NCBI GenBank assembly: GCA_049521435.1
Contig: JBEKOU010000005.1
Location: 6,012-70,011 of the forward strand
Length of the DNA: 64,000 nt
Direction: 5' to 3'
From: Candidatus Dormibacteria bacterium
GTDB lineage: Bacteria; Chloroflexota; Dormibacteria; Aeolococcales; Aeolococcaceae
Part shown: piece after piece, positions 53,661-60,887 of the stretch
Layout: each line of letters begins with the position of its first letter
Numbering within the stretch: the first letter of the stretch is position 1
Made by a program: the position numbers and the translations under genes
Notes under the pieces: model-generated
The model's input: only the letters and a program-made list of their open reading frames with translations
Database searches by the model: none
Told to the model about the DNA's origin: nothing

Positions 53661-54727
53661 ATGAAGCCCTGGAAGTAGGTCGCGGTGTCGGGGAGCAAAC
53701 GGTAGTCGACCTGGTCCCAGTCCCCCCAGTTCATCTCCGAGATCTCGAAGTCCCCGGCCGGGACGACGGGGATGCTGCCCACCCCGAGGTCAGGTCCGAC
53801 CACCTCGACGTAGGCGACGTGCCCGTACCAGGCGTTGGCCCCGCCCTGGCCCTGGTCCCAGACGGCGACGGCGCCGACCTCGGGGACCGAACCCTCCTGG
53901 TACCCCATCTTGGAGGCGTTGTAGTACCAGGCGTTGGCGTTGCCGCCCCACGGGATGCAGCGTCGCGTCGCCACGTACCAGGTGCAGTCGCCGTAGGCGA
54001 AGCTGTCGGAGCAGCTCGTGCTGCTGGGCACGGCCGCCGTCCCGCCCAGCTCGTTGTCGATCTCGTCGATCTGCTCGGCGAGCTGTTGCGCCGGTCCGGT
54101 GAACTGTTCCAGGACCTGGTCACGTGCATAGACGATGCTCAGCAGCTGGCTGGACTGCGTCGACAGCTGGCCCTCGAGCGCCGTTGCCTGGGCAAAGTCG
54201 TTCTGGAGCTGGCCCTGCTTGGTGAGCAGGTCGGCCTGGTCGTGGCCGAGGGTGGTCTCGAGCCCCCGGATCTGGGCGGTGATGCTGGATGCTCCGGAGA
54301 GGCTGTCCATCGCCGCGGTGAAGTCCGTGGCGTTGAGCACCGCGGTCATCACCGTGTCGCCCGAGACGCTCTCGTAGGTCGCCCGGGTGAGGGTCGATAG
54401 GGCGTTGCGCGCGGCCGCCTCCTGGGTCTGATCGGCGGTGATGTCGCCGTTGAGGGTGGCCAGCTCGGAGTTGAGGGTGGCGAGCTGGGCCCGAGCCGTG
54501 TTCAGGGCCGACGTGGCCTGGTTGAAGGAGTCCTCGGCGTTGTTGAGGGCCGCAGTGGCGGCGCTCTGCTCGGAGCTGGCGGCGGCGAGCTCCTGGAGGA
54601 GCTGAGCGCGCTCCGCCTCAAGCTGGGAGGGGGTGTCGGCACGGACCGGGGTGGCTCCAGTGGGTACGCCGAGGCCGACCACCATGACCGTCATCAGCGC
54701 AGGGATCACCCACCGGCTAGCCCGCAA
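53645..54727 (-). CDS. Secreted peptidoglycan hydrolase: signal peptide, ~200-aa coiled-coil region, C-terminal CHAP domain (PcsB-like architecture)
   Basis: TTG start with GGGGAG SD. Signal peptide ending VRA/DT. Heptad-like Ala/Leu/Gln/Thr-rich region. CHAP Cys (YGDCTWYVA) and His (YGHVAYVEVV). The 3' end overlaps alr by 16 nt. Confidence 0.8.
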   Translation of the reverse strand: MRASRWVIPALMTVMVVGLGVPTGATPVRADTPSQLEAERAQLLQELAAASSEQSAATAALNNAEDSFNQATSALNTARAQLATLNSELATLNGDITADQTQEAAARNALSTLTRATYESVSGDTVMTAVLNATDFTAAMDSLSGASSITAQIRGLETTLGHDQADLLTKQGQLQNDFAQATALEGQLSTQSSQLLSIVYARDQVLEQFTGPAQQLAEQIDEIDNELGGTAAVPSSTSCSDSFAYGDCTWYVATRRCIPWGGNANAWYYNASKMGYQEGSVPEVGAVAVWDQGQGGANAWYGHVAYVEVVGPDLGVGSIPVVPAGDFEISEMNWGDWDQVDYRLLPDTATYFQGFIYGPG

Positions 54728-54802
54728 TACGATCTCCCCTGTCGTCTCCCCGGTCCCGCGACCCGTTACCAGAGCCGGATCACGAGGACCAAACTTCGCG
54801 GG

Positions 54803-54832
54803 ACTCTAGGGGGCGGGGGCGGCCGAGGTCAA
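54803..54832 (-). promoter_or_regulatory. Candidate promoter TTGACC-18 nt-TAGAGT for the CHAP hydrolase gene (~70-nt leader)
   Basis: Read on the minus strand: -35 at 54832-54827, -10 at 54808-54803. Confidence 0.45.
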
Positions 54833-54966
54833 CCCTACATGACAGTGCCGTTATCAAGAAACGTGATATTTGGCGTCCGGCGGGCCCCCTGGAAGGGCAT
54901 TCCGGTCGTCTGGCGGGGCGCGCTGCGGCTCTCCGGATGCGTTCGACGCGGTTCTCCACGAGGGGA

Positions 54967-54999
54967 GCGTGACGGTTTGCGGCCGGGCGCGTGACGGTT
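54967..54999. repeat. Perfect 11-bp direct repeat GCGTGACGGTT x2 with 22-bp period in the divergent CHAP/thiL intergenic region
   Basis: 54967-54977 and 54989-54999, read directly. Confidence 0.85.
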
Positions 55000-55073
55000 C
55001 CCCGAATGGCACCGTCGCCCTTCTCCGGATCCGCGCGGTGCCCCGCCGGACGGGGCTGGGAGGGCCGGCTGGC

Positions 55074-55079
55074 TAGAGT
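55074..55079 (+). promoter_or_regulatory. -10-like hexamer TAGAGT, 7 nt upstream of thiL ATG 55087 (leaderless geometry)
   Basis: The same hexamer serves as the candidate -10 of the CHAP gene and groES promoters. No SD. Confidence 0.35.
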
Positions 55080-55086
55080 CGGGCAG

Positions 55087-56169
55087 ATGGATGTCGCATC
55101 CCCGCCGACCGGTCACGGCTTCGACGCCGGGGGCCCCACCCTTCAGGAGGTCGGCGAGGCGGAGCTGCTCCGGCGGCTCACCGCGATCGCCAGGCGGCAC
55201 GGGGACGATCGGCGGCTGGTGGTCGGCAGCGGCGACGACGCCGCGGTATGGCGGCCGCCCGGCGGGGCCGGGATCGTCCTCAGTCAGGACGCCATCGTCG
55301 AGGGCGAGGACTTCCGGCGGAGCTGGATCGACCCCGAGGCGGTGGGCAGGCGGGCTCTGGCGGGCGCCGTCTCCGATCTCGCGGCGATGGGAGCCCGGCC
55401 CGCCCTCTGCCTGGTGACGCTCTGCGCCCCGGGAGCCAGCCGGGTCGACGACCTGCTCGCCATCCAGGAGGGCATCTGCGCAGCCGCCTCCGAGGCCGGA
55501 TGCCGCGTGGCCGGGGGCGACGTCAGCGCCATCGCCGGGCCCCTCGTCATCGATGTCGTGGTGGTCGGGACGGTGGATCCCGGCCGGGCTCTCCGTCGCG
55601 ACCGCGGCCGGCCCGGGGATCTGCTGGTGGTCACCGGGTGCCTGGGCGGCGCGGCTGCCGGTCTGCGCCTGCTCCTCGACGGCCGGCGAAGGTCCGTCCC
55701 CGCGCCGGCGGGGGCCGGTGCCGGTGCCACGGCGGAGGAGCGCTGGCTGGCGCGCCAGCTCAGGCCGCGAGCCCGGCTCGGGGAGGGCCAGGCCCTGCTC
55801 CGGCTCGGCGTCGCCTGCGCCGGCGACCTGAGCGACGGGCTGATCGTCGACGTGGGCCGGATCACCGACGCGTCGGGCTGCGGCGCCGAGATCTGGCTGG
55901 AGAGCGTCCCCGCCGACCCGGATATCCGCACCCTGCTCGGCGACGGCTGGGTGGCCGCGGCCCTCGGCGGGGGAGAGGACTTCGAGCTGGTGGCGGCCGT
56001 CGCCGCCGAGCGGTGGGACGGACTGCTCGCCCGCTGGCCCGCCGGCCTGGAGCCGCTGCAGGTCGTCGGCCGGCTCACCCCCGGAACCGGGCTTCGCCTC
56101 CTCGACCACCGGGACGGGGAGGAGGTCCCGCTCCCGCGGGTCGCCTCCCGGCACTTCCGGCAGCCATGA
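55087..56169 (+). CDS. thiL: Thiamine-monophosphate kinase
   Basis: GDDAAV, AVSDLAAMGARP, VAGGDVS, GGGEDFELV (AIR synthase-related fold, ThiL pattern). Confidence 0.85.
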   Translation: MDVASPPTGHGFDAGGPTLQEVGEAELLRRLTAIARRHGDDRRLVVGSGDDAAVWRPPGGAGIVLSQDAIVEGEDFRRSWIDPEAVGRRALAGAVSDLAAMGARPALCLVTLCAPGASRVDDLLAIQEGICAAASEAGCRVAGGDVSAIAGPLVIDVVVVGTVDPGRALRRDRGRPGDLLVVTGCLGGAAAGLRLLLDGRRRSVPAPAGAGAGATAEERWLARQLRPRARLGEGQALLRLGVACAGDLSDGLIVDVGRITDASGCGAEIWLESVPADPDIRTLLGDGWVAAALGGGEDFELVAAVAAERWDGLLARWPAGLEPLQVVGRLTPGTGLRLLDHRDGEEVPLPRVASRHFRQP

Positions 56170-56645
56170 GCAGCGCCGGTCTCGCCCTCACCACGGATGG
56201 GGTGCTCGCCACCGAGGCACTGGCGGCACGGCTGGGGTCCGGGCTGCGCCCCGGCGACCTGATCGCCCTGGATGGGCCGCTGGGAGCCGGCAAGACGGCC
56301 TTTGTCCGCGGGCTGGCCACCGGCTTGGGGGTGGATCCCCTCGTGGTCAAGAGCCCGACCTTCGTCCTCCACCACGTCTACGGGGCACCGCCCCGGCTCC
56401 ACCACCTCGATCTCTACCGGCTCGGCCCGGGCGCAGGCATCCGCCTCCTCGACCTGGACAGCCTCTTGGAGAGCGCCCCGGTCGCGGTGGAGTGGGCCGG
56501 CTATGCCGACCTCCTGCCGTGGTGGCCGCTGCGCCTTCTCCTGGACATCGCGGGTGACCAGCTCCGCCACATCGAGGCGCGCGACCCGGACGACGCCCCG
56601 GCTCGGCTGGTGGCGGCCTGGGGCGCCGCGGTGGCCGGCAGGTGA
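56166..56645 (+). CDS. tsaE: tRNA t6A37 biosynthesis ATPase TsaE
   Basis: LDGPLGAGKTAFVRGL (P-loop), SPTFVLHHVY, HLDLYRL. ATGA overlap with thiL. Confidence 0.85.
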   Translation: MSSAGLALTTDGVLATEALAARLGSGLRPGDLIALDGPLGAGKTAFVRGLATGLGVDPLVVKSPTFVLHHVYGAPPRLHHLDLYRLGPGAGIRLLDLDSLLESAPVAVEWAGYADLLPWWPLRLLLDIAGDQLRHIEARDPDDAPARLVAAWGAAVAGR

Positions 56646-56667
56646 CCCGCGCCGCAGACTCGCCGCG

Positions 56668-57249
56668 ATGACCGTTCTCGCCATCGATACCGCCTCCCGT
56701 CACCGCCTGGTGGTGCTGCGCGCCGGTCGCGACGGTGACCTGGTCGCCGCCCGGACCGCAGCCGGCGGCGCTGCGCTGCCGTGGCTGGATCGCTCGCTGG
56801 TCGAGCTCGGGGTCTCCGGTCTGCAGGCGGTGGTGGTGGTCACCGGTCCCGGCTCGTACACCGGCCTGCGGGCCGGGATCGCGATCGGCCTGGGCGTGGC
56901 CCACACCCTCGGCCTTCCCCTCCACGGGGTCAGCAGCCTCGAGGTGGTGGCGAGATCGGCGCCGGAGGGCGAGACCGAGACAGTCGCCCTCGTCGAGGCA
57001 GGCCGGGGCGGGGTCTATTCCGGCCGATTCCACCGGCGTGAGGGCATCCTGGAGATGATCGGAGAGGCGCGCCGCGTCAGCCTCGCGTCGGTGGCCGTCG
57101 GCGAGCCCCCGCCGGTGACGCTCGACTCCCTGGACCTCTTCGGCGTCGTGCCGGGCGACCCGGTGCGGGCGCTCGCCGCCGCGATCCCCGCGGCCCTGGG
57201 CCGGACGGAGCTCAGCCTCGCCGGACTGGCCGCGACCTACCTGGACTGA
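56668..57249 (+). CDS. tsaB: tRNA t6A37 biosynthesis protein TsaB
   Basis: MTVLAIDTAS, VVVVTGPGSYTGLRAGIAIGLG. Confidence 0.85.
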   Translation: MTVLAIDTASRHRLVVLRAGRDGDLVAARTAAGGAALPWLDRSLVELGVSGLQAVVVVTGPGSYTGLRAGIAIGLGVAHTLGLPLHGVSSLEVVARSAPEGETETVALVEAGRGGVYSGRFHRREGILEMIGEARRVSLASVAVGEPPPVTLDSLDLFGVVPGDPVRALAAAIPAALGRTELSLAGLAATYLD

Positions 57250-57327
57250 GACGGCCAGGGCGGTGCCGGACTGGGCGGGAGGACTGTCGCAAGTGTTATC
57301 CGGGGTCGCCGCGTATCATCGACGGCG

Positions 57328-57888
57328 ATGAAGGTCGCGCCGCACCTCCTCATCGAGCGGATGCGCAGTGGTGACATCCCCGCAGTCCAGGCGATAGAGC
57401 GTGAGATCTTCCTCTCGCCGTGGCCCCGGAATGCGTACGCGTCCGAGCTCTCCCAGAACCGCCAGGCCCACTACTTCGTGCTCCGCGACAGCGGCCGGGG
57501 CGACATCATCGGCTACGGGGGTCTCTGGAAGGTCTCCGACGAAGCCCACATCACCACCATCGGCGTGCGCGCCGAGAGCCAGCACCAGGGTTTCGGCACC
57601 GGGATGTTCGCGGCGCTGGTCCAGCGCAGCTACGAGCTCGGCGCGCGCTGGATCACCCTGGAGGTGAGGGTGACCAACGGGCACGCCATCGACCTCTACG
57701 AGCGCTTCGGCTTCAAGGCGATCGGGCGCCGGCGCGGCTACTACACCGACAACGGCGAGGACGCGGTCGTGATGTGGAGCGACTCGCTGCACGCGCCCTC
57801 CTTCAAGCGCCGGTTCGTCGACATTCTCCAGGGCATCGACATCGTGGGCATGGGGCCTCCGCCTCCCTCCGAATACCCGCGCCGGTGA
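57328..57888 (+). CDS. rimI: Ribosomal-protein-alanine N-acetyltransferase
   Basis: GNAT fold: IGVRAESQHQGFGTGMF, LEVRVTNGHAIDLYERFGF. TATCAT hexamer 8 nt upstream of the ATG. Confidence 0.85.
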   Translation: MKVAPHLLIERMRSGDIPAVQAIEREIFLSPWPRNAYASELSQNRQAHYFVLRDSGRGDIIGYGGLWKVSDEAHITTIGVRAESQHQGFGTGMFAALVQRSYELGARWITLEVRVTNGHAIDLYERFGFKAIGRRRGYYTDNGEDAVVMWSDSLHAPSFKRRFVDILQGIDIVGMGPPPPSEYPRR

Positions 57889-57925
57889 GCTGGCGCGGGA
57901 CCGGTGGCCCGGGCGGCTCGCGCGC

Positions 57926-58942
57926 ATGAACATCCTCGCCATCGAGACCTCGTGCGACGAGACGGCTGCCGCGGTGGTGCGCGACGGTCGGGAGATCCTC
58001 TCCAGCCACGTGTCGTCGCAGATCGCCCTGCACGCCCCCCATGGGGGCGTCGTGCCCGAGCTGGCGGCGCGCGCCCACCTGGAGACGCTCGCGCCGGTGG
58101 TCGACGCCGCGCTCGCCGGGGTGGACGGCGGCTGGGAGGCGGTCGACGCGATCGCGGTCACCCGCGGGCCGGGGCTCGCCGGCTGCCTCGTGGTCGGCGC
58201 CGCCTACGCGCAGGCCGCCGCCCGGGCCCTCGGCCTCCCCATCACGGGCGTCTCACACCTGGCCGGCCATGTCTATTCGGCCTGGCTGGCGGACGCGGAG
58301 CTGGAGCCGCCCTTCGTTGCGCTGGTGGTGAGCGGCGGGCACACCGACACCATCGAGCTCTCCCGGCACGGCGAGGCACGCCGGCTGGCGAGCACGCGCG
58401 ACGATGCCGTCGGCGAGGCCTTCGACAAGGTGGCGAGGATGCTCGGCCTCCCCTACCCGGGGGGCCCGGTGGTGGAGCGGGCCGCCCTCACCGGGGACCC
58501 CCACGCCTTCCCCCTCCCGCGCACCCGGCTGGAGGGGGCCTTCTCCTTCAGCGGACTGAAGACGGCGGTGCGCTACGCCATCCGCGACCTCGCGGCGGAG
58601 GAGCTGGACGAGCACGGCGTCCCGCGCCGTGCCGAGGTTCGGGACGCCCTGGCCGCCGCCTTTCAGGAGGCCGCCGTCACCCAGCTGGTGGACGGGCTGG
58701 AGGCGGCGGTGGAGGAGACCGGGGCGACCTCCGTCGCCGTGGTCGGCGGGGTCGCCGCCAATCGAGCCCTCTCCGCGCGGGTGGCCCGCCGCTTCGCCGG
58801 GCTCCACGTCTCGGTCCCCCCGCTCCAGCTCTGCACTGACAACGCCGCCATGATCGGTGCCGCCGGCTGGCACCGGCTGGCCGTGCACGGGCCCGACACG
58901 CAGGGCTTCGATGTCGATCCGTCCCTCGCCGAGTTCGCCTGA
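57926..58942 (+). CDS. tsaD: tRNA N6-adenosine threonylcarbamoyltransferase TsaD
   Basis: MNILAIETSCDETAAAV, GVSHLAGH, VVGGVAAN. Confidence 0.95.
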   Translation: MNILAIETSCDETAAAVVRDGREILSSHVSSQIALHAPHGGVVPELAARAHLETLAPVVDAALAGVDGGWEAVDAIAVTRGPGLAGCLVVGAAYAQAAARALGLPITGVSHLAGHVYSAWLADAELEPPFVALVVSGGHTDTIELSRHGEARRLASTRDDAVGEAFDKVARMLGLPYPGGPVVERAALTGDPHAFPLPRTRLEGAFSFSGLKTAVRYAIRDLAAEELDEHGVPRRAEVRDALAAAFQEAAVTQLVDGLEAAVEETGATSVAVVGGVAANRALSARVARRFAGLHVSVPPLQLCTDNAAMIGAAGWHRLAVHGPDTQGFDVDPSLAEFA

Positions 58943-59013
58943 GGGCTCGCCCCAGAACTGGTGGCGCAGGTGCGCCGGCCAGCGCCCCCGGGATGTCACC
59001 ATCGGCTTCAGCG

Positions 59014-59697
59014 ATGGCACAGATCCCCGCTCGCGAGGCCGGGTACCTCAGCGAGACCGCCGGACGCTACCTGGAGGCGATCTACTACATCGCGCACGAG
59101 GGCGACGTGGCCCGGCCCGCCGGACTTGCCGATTGGCTTGGAGTGAGCCGGCCGACGGTGACCGTCACCCTCCAGCGGTTAGCCCGCGACGGCTGGGTCG
59201 AGCTGGCCGAGGACCGGAGCATCAGCCTGACGCCGGCGGGCGAGGCGGCCGCCTCCGACCTGGTCCGCCGTCACCGCATTCTCGAGCGCTGGCTGGTCGA
59301 CGTCCTCGGCCTGGATTGGGCCGCCGGCGATCGCGAGGCGTCACTGCTCGTCCACGGGGTTTCGGACGAGGTGGTGGACCGCCTCGACCAGCACCTCGAG
59401 TACCCCCGCTTCTGCCCCCACGGCAACCCCGTCCCCGGCCGCGGCACCGTCCCCGCCGGCCTGGTCCGGCTCGACCTGCTACCGCCCGGGGAGCCGGCGG
59501 AGGTGGTGAGGATCTCCGAGGTCGCCGAGCACGAGGCTCCGCAGCTGCTCCTGCTGCTCCACGAGCTGGATGTGACGCCCGGCCGCAAGGTGACGGTTCG
59601 CACCCTCGGGCCGTCGCTCGGACTGGAGGTGGAGGGGGCGGCGGTCGAATTGGACCGCGGTGCGGCGCGGGCGGTCTGGGTGGCGCCGGCCGGTTAG
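59014..59697 (+). CDS. DtxR/IdeR/MntR-family metal-dependent transcriptional regulator with C-terminal SH3/FeoA-like domain
   Basis: RYLEAIYYIAHEG, GVSRPTVTVTLQRLARDG (HTH), VRRHRILERWLVDVLGLDW, HGVSDEV. Start 59014 or 58993. Confidence 0.85.
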   Translation: MAQIPAREAGYLSETAGRYLEAIYYIAHEGDVARPAGLADWLGVSRPTVTVTLQRLARDGWVELAEDRSISLTPAGEAAASDLVRRHRILERWLVDVLGLDWAAGDREASLLVHGVSDEVVDRLDQHLEYPRFCPHGNPVPGRGTVPAGLVRLDLLPPGEPAEVVRISEVAEHEAPQLLLLLHELDVTPGRKVTVRTLGPSLGLEVEGAAVELDRGAARAVWVAPAG

Positions 59698-59712
59698 CTT
59701 AGACTAAGCTAA
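59694..59712. promoter_or_regulatory. DtxR/IdeR-type iron box TTAGCTTAGACTAAGCTAA (perfect 19-bp palindrome)
   Basis: Matches 16 of 19 positions of the consensus TTAGGTTAGSCTAACCTAA, and the two arm changes (positions 5 and 15) are symmetric. It overlaps the regulator stop codon, lies 80 nt upstream of the iron SBP gene and contains TANNNT hexamers (TAGACT, TAAGCT). Confidence 0.8.
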
Positions 59713-59791
59713 CTGCCGCCTTCGGTGGAGGAGGACGGGCCCCGGCCGGCGGCGCGCTTCGACACCGGCCCGAGGGAGACGAGCCCCCCGC

Positions 59792-60835
59792 ATGACAGCC
59801 CAGCAGCCTCGCGTGCTCCGCTCCGGGTGGAGCGCGCTCGGGGTGGCGCTCGCGGCGGTGTGGCTGCTCGCCGGCTGCGCCGGGTCATCGGCATCCGGGG
59901 ACCAGATCACCCTCTACGACGGGCAGCACCCGCAGACCACCCAGGCGCTGGTCAGCGCCTTCGAGAAGGCGACCGGGATCACCGTCAACGTCCGCAACGA
60001 TGACGAGGACACCCTGGCCGACGAGCTCGTCTCCGAGGGATCGCGCTCACCCGCCGACGTCATCTACACGGAGAACTCTCCGGCCCTCGAGTACCTCCAG
60101 GGCCGGGGCCTGCTGGCGGCCGTCGAGCCCTCCACCCTCGCCGACACTCCGAGCCGGTACAACTCGGCAGCGGGCGACTGGGTGGGGGTCTCGGCTAGGG
60201 TCAGCGTCCTCATCTACAATCCGTCGCTGATCTCGGAGAGTCAGCTGCCCACCTCCATCCTCCAACTCGCCGATTCCCGCTACCAGGGAGAGCTGGCACT
60301 CGCCCCGGGCGAGACCGACTTCCAGCCGATCGTCACCTCGGTCGCGCGCACCTATGGGTCGGCGGCTGCGCTCACCTGGCTCCAGGGGCTCAAGGTCAAC
60401 GCCGGGAGCCACATCTACCCGGACAACGAGACCATCGCCGACGAGGTGAACCGGGGCGCGGTCGCCTTCGGGATCGTCAACCAGTACTACTGGTACCGGA
60501 TGGGGTCGGAGCTCGGGGCCTCCAACGTGCACTCCGAGATCGCCTACCTAGCCCCGCACGACCCGGGGTACGTGCTCGATGTCTCCGGCGCCGCCGTGCT
60601 GCGATCGAGCACTCACCAGCCTGCGGCCCAGAGGTTCCTCGCCTTCCTGGTCTCGGAGCAGGGACAGGAGATCATCGCTCGGTCCACGAGCTACGAATAC
60701 CCCATCGCCTCGGGGGTCACGACCGCGCAGCCGGAGACACCCTTCGATGAGCTCCAGCCGACCTCCATCACCATCTCCGAGCTGGGCGACGGCTCGACCG
60801 CCATCTCGCTGATGCAGCAGGCCGGCCTGCTGTGA
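59792..60835 (+). CDS. Fe(III) ABC transporter substrate-binding lipoprotein (FbpA/AfuA-like)
   Basis: Lipobox LLAGC. ITLYDGQHPQ, VIYTENSPAL, NQYYWYR, typical of the ferric-binding SBP family. Confidence 0.85.
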   Translation: MTAQQPRVLRSGWSALGVALAAVWLLAGCAGSSASGDQITLYDGQHPQTTQALVSAFEKATGITVNVRNDDEDTLADELVSEGSRSPADVIYTENSPALEYLQGRGLLAAVEPSTLADTPSRYNSAAGDWVGVSARVSVLIYNPSLISESQLPTSILQLADSRYQGELALAPGETDFQPIVTSVARTYGSAAALTWLQGLKVNAGSHIYPDNETIADEVNRGAVAFGIVNQYYWYRMGSELGASNVHSEIAYLAPHDPGYVLDVSGAAVLRSSTHQPAAQRFLAFLVSEQGQEIIARSTSYEYPIASGVTTAQPETPFDELQPTSITISELGDGSTAISLMQQAGLL

Positions 60836-60887
60836 GCTCCACGGCCCGGTCGCTGGCTCAGCGCTCCGGTCCCGGACGGCGCCTCCC

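Noticed and set aside
54728-54802. c-di-AMP (ydaO-type) riboswitch in the leader of the CHAP hydrolase gene
   Set aside because: Cell-wall hydrolase genes often carry it. However, the ~70-nt leader lacks the conserved GGGGUGAAUC and CAGCUAACCUCGUAAGC-like blocks and is too short.
54900-55086. TPP riboswitch upstream of thiL
   Set aside because: There is no CUGAGA / ACCUGAUCUGGAUAAUGCCAGCG THI-box elements, and the gene appears leaderless.
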